The notes: generated by a model from the letters alone, not told the origin. 64,000 nt of DNA from Nanobdellota archaeon (GCA_021817165.1 JAKAVT010000002.1:43563-107562); one strand, 5' to 3'. Shown: positions 40,118-50,397, counted from the first letter of the stretch. Numbers and translations are program-made.

Positions 40118-41221
40118 TCAATCTAGAAAATTCTTATCCTTTAACTTTTCAGGCAGATAAGTCTCAGTCATAAACGAAAGCCCCTTTGCAGTAAATGCAT
40201 CTAACTCCACCTTAGCCCCCAATTTTTCCATCTTGTCAAGTTCCTCCATCCATTTCTTATTGTTTTTGAACCAGTCATAATTCTTGATCTGTTTTATCCT
40301 CGCTATATCCACATCTTTAAATTTGATAAGGTGCCTTCTCAATCCGTACTTGTCTATGTCCTCCATTGTCAGGCCCATAAACTTTGATTCTGGTAAAGAA
40401 AGCTTGTCTGAAACGTGTGCCAAAGCAATCGAGCCGAATTTAATGGCAGAATAAATGTAAACCCCCCAGATGTCCCCGTCGGTTAAAACATAAACCGGAA
40501 GATTATGCTCTCTGCTAAGCCTTTGAAGCAGCCTTCTTATCCCTCTCGTTGCCTGGCCCTGGCTTGCTATTATGACACAGTGCAGTTTCTTCCATGCCTT
40601 GTCTTCATTAAGTCGGTCCCAGATAGTCGCCTTCTCCATGTATATCACGAATTTCGCATCAACTTTTTTGAATATAATATCCTCTACATTGCTTGGCACG
40701 GCCCAGCCACCGCTTCCCATCTTTGACCAATCTATTACGTCCCCCCGGTCTTCTACTATTACTTCCCCAGCAACAGCACCATTTTTGTTTGCATTGATAT
40801 TCAGCTGCTCTCTTGTTAAATCAGTTATCAGTTCTAAATCTTCTATTGCCTTGTTTGTCTCTATCTGATCATCAACTACATCTATCTTTGTCCCGGGTAT
40901 TGTCCTTCTTACCTGGTAAAAGGCTGACCTTAAGCTTGTGTGCTTATCGCTCTTTATAAGTTCCCTGCTGACTGCTGCCATGGCCATCGTCTGTATGAAC
41001 TTTCTTACATGACCAACGTTTAAAAAATATCTTCTTGACAAACCGCTGCCTAATGTGATCATCCTGCTTTCTGTATCGTATTTTACATTTGACAGACCTC
41101 TTACAGGCAGGGTCAAATAAGGATTTTCTCCTTTTTCTATCTGTTGATAAACATCCTTTCCAAGCTTCTCAAGTACGCTTAATCTCTTTTTCCTTGATTC
41201 TTCGATTTCCTTATTATCCAT
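40118..41221 (-). CDS. top6A: DNA topoisomerase VI subunit A
   Basis: LRSAFY (catalytic Tyr), Toprim MEKAT, GQATR, TDGD. Confidence 0.95.
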   Translation of the reverse strand: MDNKEIEESRKKRLSVLEKLGKDVYQQIEKGENPYLTLPVRGLSNVKYDTESRMITLGSGLSRRYFLNVGHVRKFIQTMAMAAVSRELIKSDKHTSLRSAFYQVRRTIPGTKIDVVDDQIETNKAIEDLELITDLTREQLNINANKNGAVAGEVIVEDRGDVIDWSKMGSGGWAVPSNVEDIIFKKVDAKFVIYMEKATIWDRLNEDKAWKKLHCVIIASQGQATRGIRRLLQRLSREHNLPVYVLTDGDIWGVYIYSAIKFGSIALAHVSDKLSLPESKFMGLTMEDIDKYGLRRHLIKFKDVDIARIKQIKNYDWFKNNKKWMEELDKMEKLGAKVELDAFTAKGLSFMTETYLPEKLKDKNFLD

Positions 41222-41223
41222 AT

Positions 41224-43089
41224 TTATTCCTCCTCTCCTGTAGACGTATCGGATTCTATCTTGCTTGATATAACATCTCCTTTGCTAAGGCTTTCCTCCA
41301 CGTTTGCTTTGACCTCTTCCTTCTTCTTTTCAAGAAGGCCCTCTATCTTTGTCTTTATCTTTTTCTCTTCTATGTCTGTCAACTTTGAAAGTGAATATGC
41401 CAGTTCTATGCCGTACTTGTCAAACAGACTTATCCTCTCCTGGAACAGACTGCTTTTATGCTTTCTGTTGAGAAACACTGAAAGCGTTCTGACAAGCTCC
41501 TGCAATGCAAGCTTTATCTCTTTTATTATAACTGGATAGCTGGCGACAGAATTCTTGCTCTCATTCGTATAAGGAACCCATACCGATGCTATGTGGATTA
41601 TAAACACCAATTGACCTATCGGCACCTTATTTTCGACTTTTAAGCCGTAACGTGCATAATCCACTCCAAAAAAGCTTTGAGTCAACGCGCATGAGGAAGA
41701 ATCGAATAGCAAAGGTATCTTGTTTGCGAACCTCATTAAAATTGCTTTATCGGTCTGTATCTTTCCGCCATAAGCTGCGGCTACCTCTATTTGAAACGGC
41801 ATTCCCCGATAAACTTCCGGTTTCCTAGTAACTGATTTGACAAACTCTGGCGAGTATTCCTTCTTCAGACTCTTTTCCAGTTCTTCTCCTCCGATAGGTG
41901 ACAAACAATCGGTCTGTGGCCGCATTAAATCAAGGGACTGCAATGCCTTCAATATCGAATTTGCCTGCACCCTGTCAATCTCTTGTGGTTTTGTTTTTGT
42001 GTCTATGCCCGCACTTTTCAATGTCTGCTCTGCCACTGCCCTACTTACTCTCGATAATTCATTCTCTAAAACTGATGCCACTGTTCGTTCAGTGGAATTT
42101 TTAAGTATACGCATGAATATGCCTATCTCCAGTCCTTCAGGATGCGGCTTGATGGACAAAGGCTCTTTTGGCAGCGAGTCTATTACTCTTTTGTACGTGA
42201 CCTTTTCGCCATTTGGATTAATGTAAATCAAGGTTGCATGCGGGTTTACCAAAGCCGTCCTCCTTATGTATTCATCCAGACCCTTGTTCCCGCTGATGTA
42301 TAATCCCTCTATCTCCAATTCAATACTTGTGCCGGATTCGTACGGATAGTCTTCGTCGCTTTCCTCAATGACTTCCGGCTCGTTTTTTAGGATGTTTATC
42401 TGAACCTTCATCATCTTTGCCTTCTTTGCACTTTTTATCTTAGAAATTATCTTTGCCGGTTTCCCAGTTGTAAGCTGCGAATAAAGAACCGCGGAGTGTA
42501 TCCCTATACCCTGCTGTCCTCTGCTCTGTTTCATCGATTGGAACTTGCTGCCGTAAAGCATCCTTCCGAATATGTCAGGTATTTTTGATGAAAGTATACC
42601 TGGTCCGTTATCGGTAATCTTTATGAGGAATATCGGCGCGTTTTTCTTCAGTCTTAACTGTTTACCGTTCATCAACACTAAAAGCTTGTCGTTGCTTTCG
42701 GATACGTCAAATGTAATGTCTTCGAATGAAAGGGATAATTTGCCATTCCTTATCTGCTTTGATTGGCTTTTTCCCTTGTAAAGAACGGTAAACTCGTTTT
42801 TTCTTACTATCAATTGGCCGATGTTCTGCTTCTCGTCAAGCATTTGGTAGTTATCGCTCAATGCCTTTACGTCTACAGTTATCTCGGGCAGAGTTACCTT
42901 TTCCTTGTTCTTTTCCTGCATGTGCCCAAGTTCCTCACACGCATCCAATGAATTATCAACAGCTTCTTTTACGCATGTAAGCAGAGCTTTTTGCTTATTG
43001 TCAAAACCAAGCAAATGCCTGTTTTTTTCAAAGAATTCGGTTACGCTTATTGCTCTTTGTCCTTTTGCAAGTTCCTCAGCGATTTCCAT
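41224..43089 (-). CDS. top6B: DNA topoisomerase VI subunit B
   Basis: KEAVDNSLDA, DNGPG, QSRGQQGIG, KPHP, RFANKIPL. Confidence 0.96.
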   Translation of the reverse strand: MEIAEELAKGQRAISVTEFFEKNRHLLGFDNKQKALLTCVKEAVDNSLDACEELGHMQEKNKEKVTLPEITVDVKALSDNYQMLDEKQNIGQLIVRKNEFTVLYKGKSQSKQIRNGKLSLSFEDITFDVSESNDKLLVLMNGKQLRLKKNAPIFLIKITDNGPGILSSKIPDIFGRMLYGSKFQSMKQSRGQQGIGIHSAVLYSQLTTGKPAKIISKIKSAKKAKMMKVQINILKNEPEVIEESDEDYPYESGTSIELEIEGLYISGNKGLDEYIRRTALVNPHATLIYINPNGEKVTYKRVIDSLPKEPLSIKPHPEGLEIGIFMRILKNSTERTVASVLENELSRVSRAVAEQTLKSAGIDTKTKPQEIDRVQANSILKALQSLDLMRPQTDCLSPIGGEELEKSLKKEYSPEFVKSVTRKPEVYRGMPFQIEVAAAYGGKIQTDKAILMRFANKIPLLFDSSSCALTQSFFGVDYARYGLKVENKVPIGQLVFIIHIASVWVPYTNESKNSVASYPVIIKEIKLALQELVRTLSVFLNRKHKSSLFQERISLFDKYGIELAYSLSKLTDIEEKKIKTKIEGLLEKKKEEVKANVEESLSKGDVISSKIESDTSTGEEE

Positions 43090-43591
43090 TTAAATACACC
43101 TCTACCTTCTTTTTGTTTATCATTGAAAACACATTATCATGTTTCGCACCATTTAAAATCATTTCTATTGCGGACTGCGCAATAGACAGATTCTGTATCT
43201 GCCCAATAATACTTATAGTTTTCCCATAGACATTTATATAACAAGCCGTTTCCTTCATCAATCTCTGTTTTATCATCCCTCTCGTGCCTATAACCCTTCC
43301 TTTTAGCTGCATGGCCCTCTTTTCCGAATTGCTGTATTCCCTTAAGCTGATTATGACTAGATCGTAATCGTCGTCAAGCAGCAAGGTCGAAATCGCTGCA
43401 TCGAAACCCCTGTTAAACGCATTTATCACGTTTTTAACGGATAAAACTTCGAGTGCGCTGCTTCCGTTTATATAGACCGTATTGCCTTCAAATTTCAGAG
43501 TAACGCCGTGCTGCTTTATCTTTTCCAACAGCTTTTTCTGGATCAGCAGCTCCTTTGCCTTTCTCCCGTTCATTAATATCTCATCTTCCAT
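43076..43591 (-). CDS. KH-domain rRNA processing protein (Dim2/Pno1-like)
   Basis: AFNRGF, KGRVIGTRG, YGKTISIIG, GAKHDNV. Confidence 0.9.
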   Translation of the reverse strand: MEDEILMNGRKAKELLIQKKLLEKIKQHGVTLKFEGNTVYINGSSALEVLSVKNVINAFNRGFDAAISTLLLDDDYDLVIISLREYSNSEKRAMQLKGRVIGTRGMIKQRLMKETACYINVYGKTISIIGQIQNLSIAQSAIEMILNGAKHDNVFSMINKKKVEVYLNGNR

Positions 43592-45169
43592 TCACAACTC
43601 CTTCGACATGTACCATTTATACCTTTTGTATCCAATATTCCTGTAATATTCCCGCACTCCCACTCCTGATATGACATTTATCTTATTTATGGCATACTCT
43701 TCTTTTGTTATCCTTTCCGCTTCTGCAAGCAGCGCTTTTCCAAAACCCTTGTGCTGGAAAGAGTCCTGCTTATTTTCATTTATGTTCAGATGCTCGCCGT
43801 AAACATGCAATTCCCTTACGAATCCTTCCTTTGAATTGTCCGCTATTCTAAGCCGCAGGAAAGCGATGATTGCGTTGTTGTTCATATCGTCTATGCTTAG
43901 GAATATCTCATTTCCGTTTACAGATCTGTAATTTTCCCGGTTAAGCGCTACCCTTACAGGCTTTGAAAGCTTTACGTGCCCTATTTCCCTGCTCCTTATG
44001 TCATTCGCTCTCTTTCCCATTTCCGCTATTCTCTGGTCGATGAGCTGCCTCAGATTTGTTACTTTTATTCCGTTCTCTATGAATGTTGATGGTATGTCCC
44101 TTTCGATTCTCATTATTCTCAGCCATTTCGGGGCGTTTATCTCAGATTCTGCTATTACATCAACAACCTCCTCAACAGGATATGGATTGTAATTCCCTCT
44201 TTTCCACATCTCATACAACCCTGTTCCGCGGATTACCAACGTCGGATATATCTTTATGGCATCGGGTTTGAAATCTTCATTGTTGTATATCTGTCTGATT
44301 GTTTCCCTATCTTTTTCCTTATCCGAAAAAGGCAGATTGAGCATTATATGATAGTCCACCTTATACCCGTAGTTTTTCAGCCTTCTGCTAGCATCTATGA
44401 CATCGTTTATTGTATGTCCCCTGTTGTTTTTTAGTAACACATCATCGTAAATGCTTTGTACTCCCAGTTCTATTCTTGTTATCCCAAAATCCAACATCCT
44501 TTCTATATCTTCGTCGGCACATCTTTCCGGTTTCGTCTCTGCGGCAAACGCAACGCACCTTACCTTTGCGGTCTCATTGAATCCCTTCTGCGTTTCCAGA
44601 TCGCCGTCTACCTTGTCACCGTGAAACTCATTCATTGCTTTGTAAACATTAGTAACATATTCTTTGACGTAATCTTTTGGTAAAGTCGTAAATGTTCCGC
44701 CTATTACTATGACTTCTATTTTCTGCGGGTTATAACCCATAAAAAGATAATGTTTTAGTCTGGCAGTAACCTGCTTGTAGGGATCATAATTATTCATCAA
44801 TGCCCTCCTGGCAGCGGGCTCAAAGCCGGTATAGCTTTGCGGCGTGTTGAACTTTGTGCCTCCTGGACAGAATATGCATGTGCCATGCGGACAGTCATAA
44901 GGCTTTGTCATTACGGCCACAACATTCACTCCAGAAAGTATCCTTACCGGCTTGGAAACCATAAAACTTGCATATTTTTCCCTTTCGTCCTGCGAGAAGT
45001 AATTCAGTATCTCGCCGTTCTTCGGTATGTTGTGCATGCCGAGCTCCCTGCAGACTTTTCTTTTTGTAAGAAGCATCTCCCTTTTGTTTTTTATCTTGCC
45101 TTCTTCTATGATCTGCTTGAATACGGGTATGAATTTGCTTATATTGTCTTCTTTGTCGTAATAATCCAT
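43592..45169 (-). CDS. elp3: Elp3 tRNA uridine(34) acetyltransferase
   Basis: CPHGTCIFCPGG radical SAM motif, ELGVQS, KIYPT, RELHVYG, QHKGFG, SGVGVREYY. Confidence 0.96.
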   Translation of the reverse strand: MDYYDKEDNISKFIPVFKQIIEEGKIKNKREMLLTKRKVCRELGMHNIPKNGEILNYFSQDEREKYASFMVSKPVRILSGVNVVAVMTKPYDCPHGTCIFCPGGTKFNTPQSYTGFEPAARRALMNNYDPYKQVTARLKHYLFMGYNPQKIEVIVIGGTFTTLPKDYVKEYVTNVYKAMNEFHGDKVDGDLETQKGFNETAKVRCVAFAAETKPERCADEDIERMLDFGITRIELGVQSIYDDVLLKNNRGHTINDVIDASRRLKNYGYKVDYHIMLNLPFSDKEKDRETIRQIYNNEDFKPDAIKIYPTLVIRGTGLYEMWKRGNYNPYPVEEVVDVIAESEINAPKWLRIMRIERDIPSTFIENGIKVTNLRQLIDQRIAEMGKRANDIRSREIGHVKLSKPVRVALNRENYRSVNGNEIFLSIDDMNNNAIIAFLRLRIADNSKEGFVRELHVYGEHLNINENKQDSFQHKGFGKALLAEAERITKEEYAINKINVISGVGVREYYRNIGYKRYKWYMSKEL

Positions 45170-45209
45170 ATGCTTTATAATTTATAAAAGCTGGGTATAT
45201 AAATTATAT

Positions 45210-48155
45210 ATGAACAAGAAAGCGCAGATGATAACAATATTCTTCTCCCTTTTCCTCATACTTGCGATTATAACGATAATAAGCATAGAATCGGCAAACC
45301 TGCAGACAAACCAGAACATAAATTCATTGCAGCAGGCCTACAATCTGCCCAAACAGGAGTACTATAACTTCTTGAACGTAATGGCGCAGATATCGGCGAT
45401 AAACCCGTCTAGTGCTACAAATGCGGTGTTCAATTCAACGATAGAAAACATATATGATACATTTTTCCAGAATCTGAATATAACGAATCAAGGAGTCAAT
45501 ACGAGCAGTATAATAATAAACAACTTCGCAGAAAGTATACCCTTGTTAATAACAAACTATCAGAACATAGCTACACCAAATCCCTTCCAACAAATGATAA
45601 ACATATCAGTTTCTTCAATTAATAATTATATAAACCCCCCTTTTTTTGGACAAAACGTAGAATTTGTCTATAAAAATAATAGTGTTATTCCTTCGTGGTT
45701 AGAATCTTACAATTCAAAATACGCTATTTGGTGGGTAAAAATTGCTTCTATTCCGGCAAGGGGAACAATAATAATATACATGAAATTTGCCAACAAAAAA
45801 ATTAATCTGTTTAATAATAAGACAACGGGAGAGGCACCACAGCTTTCCCTTACTTATGCAGAATACGATGACGGAGCTAATGTATTCAATTATTATAATG
45901 ATTTCTCTGGAACTACATTAAACAATTTTCTTACTACTGGAGCAACTGGGTACACAATTACAGTTAACAATGGCTTATTTATTAAAGGGGGCTCTTCAAA
46001 TATTTATGGGGTGTACTTGCCCGCTACTTATAATTTTACAAAAAATTCTGTGTTTTCATATTATCTAACTGGCTTCTCTATAACTAGTCCTGATTATTGG
46101 ATAGGAGGGGGCATAGCTTCTTCACAATCATCGGGTGGAACAGCATATATCGCAGACAGTGTAATAGGCGCAGATTATTGTTACGGAGTGCCAACATTTG
46201 GTTGTGGAGTACAATATGGGAGGACTTTAATTGGCACGTCTTCTTCTTCAACAACAGTCGGGGACGCCCTTGGTCTAAATAGTATCTATGATCTAAATGC
46301 AACTTATTTAGAAACGGTAAATCCAACCGGAACGGCGCTATGGAAATTACCCGGAGGCACTAATGAACAGTTAGAACCTCCCTTTTACTGGGAGATTGGT
46401 GGTTGGAATGACGCATCGGGCGATGAACTAAATGTTTCCTATACTTACATAAGAAACGCACCGCCAAATGGAATTATGCCTTCAGTGCAGATATTGAATG
46501 TTCCTGCTAATATAGGGTATATAGCGCCATTAACTATAACAAACCATCAGAATATTGCGACCCCGAATCCATTTCAACAGGAAGTTGTTATAAACGCTAG
46601 CCGATACTCTGTCATGGAAGCACCAAATTTGGATAATGTAGAATTCTTCTACAGCAACGGAACAATTATACCCTCGTGGTTAGAAAACGGCAATAGTTCT
46701 TCAAACAATACTATTTATTGGCTTAAGATTGGAAGCATACCTGCAAATTCCTCCATCAATGTATTTATTGGTTTTGCATCCACTAACTTAAATTTATTTA
46801 ATGGACAAACTGTGGGAGAAGCCCCTCAGCTTTCTCCAACGTACGCAGAGTACGATGATGGTGTGAACGTATTCAACTTTTATAGTGATTTTAAAGGAAC
46901 TAGCTTGAATACAAATAAATGGATTAATGGAGGTACGGGGACAAACTGTGGTGGAACAGTAGTTAGTGGAGGTGGACCAGGAGTCATCATAAATAATGGC
47001 TTAAGTATATCTACAGATTCAAGTACTTATTGGGGAGGGGTAGTATCCAGTACAGGATTTACTCCTCCCGCTATATTCGAGACAGATACAATTTCTTTAA
47101 GTGGCGTAGCATCTGGAATAGCTGAGGGTACAGCAAACAACCTCAATGCAGGTATGTACTTCTTTAATTTTTGGGCTTCGGGATTTGCATCAGGGACAAT
47201 AGATGATGGACTTAGTAATCTCGCTCCTCCACTAATAAGTACTGGTATAACTGGAATTGCTTGGCTTAGCTCATCTAGCCAAGTAGTGTACCATAATTAT
47301 ATCGCAACACAAGAGTCACAGACCGCATATTCTTTGCCTTCGAATATTTATCCAATAATAGGTATTGGGGACTGTAGTTCTTCTTCTAGCATATCTGTTC
47401 AATGGGCTCGTGTCCGTGCCTATCCTCCAAACGGAGTAATGCCTTCCACAAGTATAGGAACTATTCAAAACATGTATCCATTTGAGTATCAATATTCCGT
47501 GGCGAATTTCACAAATTCTACGAGCATATCAGTTCCCGGAACTGCTAGCACAGGAAAGATATGGAATGGAGGTCATGCATACACCTTGGCAATGTGGGTG
47601 AACCTGCAGCATTCTTATGGGGCATGTGGTTACCCTTGCTACGATTTATTCCAAACAAACCAGGGCTGCACTTCCGGGCTGCAGCAGTACAAAGACAATG
47701 CAACTGGTTATCAAATAAACCTTTTAGAATGGAATTCCTCTTGTGGAACAGGCGCAGCGGCACAAAGTTCACCGTACCAGTATGTTCCTTATGGAAAATG
47801 GGAATTGATAACGGGAATATTCGAGTATAACTCGCAAGGGAACGCATGGATAGCTTCCTGTGTAGATACTCATTGCACTAATAGCACATGGACCTTGAAT
47901 ACTCCGGCAGTTTATTCCACGCCTGCAACGATTCTCGGATCTGGGCAGATTAATGGAAAAGTAACAGATGTACAAATGTATGATAGCGCATTGACATTAA
48001 ATCAAGTTAATCAGTTATATAATGAGTTTATAGGCGCACAACCTGTGGCTAATTCAACACTTGTTGCCTGGATACCTTTGGATGGAAACGCATACGATGA
48101 CAGTGGAAATGGCAACACTGCTTCCTTATCTTCAGTTAATTTTTTATATCCTTAA
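45210..48155 (+). CDS. Large surface protein: class III signal peptide, two DUF2341-like repeats, C-terminal LamG-like domain
   Basis: MNKKAQ plus hydrophobic helix; two copies of NIATPNPFQQ...IPSWLE...GEAPQLS.TYAEYDDG; terminal NGKVTDVQMYDSALT...LDGNAYDDSGNGN. Confidence 0.88.
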   Translation: MNKKAQMITIFFSLFLILAIITIISIESANLQTNQNINSLQQAYNLPKQEYYNFLNVMAQISAINPSSATNAVFNSTIENIYDTFFQNLNITNQGVNTSSIIINNFAESIPLLITNYQNIATPNPFQQMINISVSSINNYINPPFFGQNVEFVYKNNSVIPSWLESYNSKYAIWWVKIASIPARGTIIIYMKFANKKINLFNNKTTGEAPQLSLTYAEYDDGANVFNYYNDFSGTTLNNFLTTGATGYTITVNNGLFIKGGSSNIYGVYLPATYNFTKNSVFSYYLTGFSITSPDYWIGGGIASSQSSGGTAYIADSVIGADYCYGVPTFGCGVQYGRTLIGTSSSSTTVGDALGLNSIYDLNATYLETVNPTGTALWKLPGGTNEQLEPPFYWEIGGWNDASGDELNVSYTYIRNAPPNGIMPSVQILNVPANIGYIAPLTITNHQNIATPNPFQQEVVINASRYSVMEAPNLDNVEFFYSNGTIIPSWLENGNSSSNNTIYWLKIGSIPANSSINVFIGFASTNLNLFNGQTVGEAPQLSPTYAEYDDGVNVFNFYSDFKGTSLNTNKWINGGTGTNCGGTVVSGGGPGVIINNGLSISTDSSTYWGGVVSSTGFTPPAIFETDTISLSGVASGIAEGTANNLNAGMYFFNFWASGFASGTIDDGLSNLAPPLISTGITGIAWLSSSSQVVYHNYIATQESQTAYSLPSNIYPIIGIGDCSSSSSISVQWARVRAYPPNGVMPSTSIGTIQNMYPFEYQYSVANFTNSTSISVPGTASTGKIWNGGHAYTLAMWVNLQHSYGACGYPCYDLFQTNQGCTSGLQQYKDNATGYQINLLEWNSSCGTGAAAQSSPYQYVPYGKWELITGIFEYNSQGNAWIASCVDTHCTNSTWTLNTPAVYSTPATILGSGQINGKVTDVQMYDSALTLNQVNQLYNEFIGAQPVANSTLVAWIPLDGNAYDDSGNGNTASLSSVNFLYP
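45534..47450 (+). repeat. Intragenic tandem duplication (about 45534-46490 and 46521-47450)
   Basis: Both units start PLxITNxQNIATPNPFQQ and end RxxPPNGxMPS; the middles diverge. Boundaries are approximate. Confidence 0.8.
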
Positions 48156-49273
48156 TCATTTAATATAAAACTTGCGGTTTTTTCCTTGTTAAACGGAACT
48201 AAATCCTTGTAATCCTGCCCAGTCCCCAAAAATAGTATTGGCTTCTTTGTAACGTATGATATTGATAAAACTGCTCCTCCTTTCTTGTCAACGTCTGCCT
48301 TTGAGAGTATGTTAAGGTCTATGCCTACCTCCTTATCAAATATTTCTGCCTGTTTTACAACGTCATTTCCTGTCAATGAATCTCCAACAAAAATTGTTAG
48401 ATCCGGTTTGCTTACTTTTTTGACTTTTTTCAGTTCTTCGATTAGATTTTTGTTAATGTCGCTCCTTCCTGCAGTGTCTATCAAAACTACGTCGTCTTTG
48501 TCAGAATCTGCGTGCTTTATCGCATCAAATGCCACTGCCGCTGGATCTGCGCCGTAAGTATGCTTTATCACTTCAACGCCCAAACGCTTGGCATGTATCT
48601 CCAGCTGTTCTATCGAAGCAGCTCTGAAAGTGTCACTTGCCGCTATGACGGGCTTTAAGCCGTTTGACTGCAGGAACTTGCAGAGCTTTGCAATTGTAGT
48701 GGTTTTACCGGCCCCGTTTACCCCTATGAACAGAAGCACGAACGGTTTTTTGCTTTTTATCTTAGAGATGAAGTCTTCCGTGCTATATCCTATCAGTACG
48801 TCTGCTATGCTGTCTTTTATGGCCTTCTCTATCGCTTTTTTGTTGTTTATAATCGAAACGCTTTCCCCCACGAGATTAGCGCTTAAATCATCGTGTATTT
48901 TATCCAAAACGGAAAGCGCAACGTTATTTTCCAAAAGCGCCGATTTTATTTCAGAGAATATGAGAGTAACATCTTCGTCCGTTATTACGTGCGAAAAGAC
49001 CTTCTTTTTTCTTGGCTCGTGCTTCTCTTCTGGCTTTATTTCTTTTTCTTCTTTCTTCAATTCCTTTACTTCCTTCCCTACTTCCTTTATCTCTTCTTTT
49101 AGCCCTTCTTTGTCTTCATGCCCAAGATCCTTTTTTAATTCTTCACGGTCTTCCGACAAGATAGTGCTTTCCTTTTTTATGTCTTCCTTTATTTCCGACT
49201 CTTCTTCCTTTGAAAGTTTTTTCTGTATGGAATTTAAGGAATCCTTTATTTTTTTCTTTATGAAGTCAAACAT
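48152..49273 (-). CDS. ftsY: Signal recognition particle receptor FtsY
   Basis: GVNGAGKTTT, DTFRAA, DTAGR, SKAD, GTGQ. Confidence 0.97.
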   Translation of the reverse strand: MFDFIKKKIKDSLNSIQKKLSKEEESEIKEDIKKESTILSEDREELKKDLGHEDKEGLKEEIKEVGKEVKELKKEEKEIKPEEKHEPRKKKVFSHVITDEDVTLIFSEIKSALLENNVALSVLDKIHDDLSANLVGESVSIINNKKAIEKAIKDSIADVLIGYSTEDFISKIKSKKPFVLLFIGVNGAGKTTTIAKLCKFLQSNGLKPVIAASDTFRAASIEQLEIHAKRLGVEVIKHTYGADPAAVAFDAIKHADSDKDDVVLIDTAGRSDINKNLIEELKKVKKVSKPDLTIFVGDSLTGNDVVKQAEIFDKEVGIDLNILSKADVDKKGGAVLSISYVTKKPILFLGTGQDYKDLVPFNKEKTASFILND

Positions 49274-49274
49274 A

Positions 49275-49697
49275 TTATCTTAATGAGTTTTGGTAGCTTT
49301 CGTAGAGCTTGTTTGCCTCTTCTTCCAGCTTTGTACCCCTCTCCTGCAAAACCTGTATCGTCTGCGCTATCGAACCTATGTTCCCGCTTACTTCCTTAAA
49401 ATCACTTTCCAGTTTCTTCTTCAATTCCTTCAATGAAAATGACTTAAAGATGTTGCTGCCTATTCCGACGATTGCATTGTCAAGTTCGTTTACCTTTCCC
49501 CTTATGAATATGTCCTGAGCGTATGGTATCAAAACGTCGCTGTTTTCTTTCAATGAATTCAATCCGTCCAATGCCCTTGCGATGTTGTCCTGTGTGGCCT
49601 GTAGATTATTAAGAGCGTTTATGTAGTTTTCAAGTTCTCTTCTTATATACTCAATCTCCATCAGCTGACTGCTCAGCTTTTCCTCGTCAATTTCCAT
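49275..49697 (-). CDS. pfdA: Prefoldin subunit alpha
   Basis: Coil-beta-coil layout: VLIPYAQDIFIRGKV...IVGIGSNIF; conserved position before ftsY. Confidence 0.9.
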   Translation of the reverse strand: MEIDEEKLSSQLMEIEYIRRELENYINALNNLQATQDNIARALDGLNSLKENSDVLIPYAQDIFIRGKVNELDNAIVGIGSNIFKSFSLKELKKKLESDFKEVSGNIGSIAQTIQVLQERGTKLEEEANKLYESYQNSLR

Positions 49698-49961
49698 TTA
49701 CTGGCCCTGTTTTACAAGATTTATTGTGACTATTTTTTTGTCGTCCTTGGAACACATCACTCTTATCTTGGCCTTTGGATCTTTCATTCCCCTGCTGAAT
49801 ATCTCATCATTGACATCCTGCCCAAGTTTTACATCATCCGCTTTCATGTGCCTTTTTACGAAAGCCTTGAGGTATTTTGCCGCAGCTGCGGCCCTTTTGT
49901 AAGGCGGAACCTTTTCTATCCCTCTCCGCATATTGACCATCATTATTCTCTGTTCTGCCAT
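49698..49961 (-). CDS. rpl31e: 50S ribosomal protein L31e
   Basis: KRAAAA...FVKRHMKADDVKL...IFSRG...KIRV. Confidence 0.93.
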   Translation of the reverse strand: MAEQRIMMVNMRRGIEKVPPYKRAAAAAKYLKAFVKRHMKADDVKLGQDVNDEIFSRGMKDPKAKIRVMCSKDDKKIVTINLVKQGQ

Positions 49962-49962
49962 T

Positions 49963-50109
49963 TTATCTACCCACGTTTTTGTTCATCCTGGACCTGTCCA
50001 TCTTCCTCGTGCCGTATTTCCTTATCTGCGCAAATACGGGCGGACGGCTTGTTTTCCTTGCGTGCTTTATCAGTTCTCTTTTTTTATTAGCCGATTTATT
50101 CCTTGCCAT
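49963..50109 (-). CDS. rpl39e: 50S ribosomal protein L39e (divergent, 48 aa)
   Basis: Not in the ORF track. MARNKSANKKRELIKHARKTSRPPVFAQIRKYGTRKMDRSRMNKNVGR; canonical slot between PDCD5 and rpl31e. Confidence 0.85.
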   Translation of the reverse strand: MARNKSANKKRELIKHARKTSRPPVFAQIRKYGTRKMDRSRMNKNVGR

Positions 50110-50111
50110 AG

Positions 50112-50396
50112 TCATTTATTCTCAAACTTTATCTTTTGTTCTTTTTTAGGCTGTGCTATTGTCTGCAATAATTCCTTCAACCTTTGATCATCGATGACAG
50201 ATTTCAACCTTCCTGTCAATGCTGACTGGATAAGCATGTTCTCAACTTCTTCTGCCAACTCAGGATGAGCATACCTAAGATTTCCCAGTCTCTCCCTCGC
50301 TTCCTTCGTGAGGAATTTGACAAGCACATCCTGCTTTAACTGCTCCATCTTCTTTCTCTGCTCTGCTTCATCAACATTGTTGTTTTTGTATTCCAT
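50112..50396 (-). CDS. PDCD5-like dsDNA-binding protein
   Basis: LTKEARERLGNLRYAHPELAEEVE...IDDQRLKELL. Confidence 0.93.
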   Translation of the reverse strand: MEYKNNNVDEAEQRKKMEQLKQDVLVKFLTKEARERLGNLRYAHPELAEEVENMLIQSALTGRLKSVIDDQRLKELLQTIAQPKKEQKIKFENK

Positions 50397-50397
50397 G

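Noticed and set aside
42637-42852. Possible intein in top6B
   Set aside because: No Cys/Ser start with His-Asn end, no endonuclease motifs, and too short.
45210-48155. Diversity-generating retroelement target (TR/VR pair)
   Set aside because: No reverse transcriptase in the window, and differences between the repeats are ordinary synonymous and amino-acid divergence, not adenine-specific.
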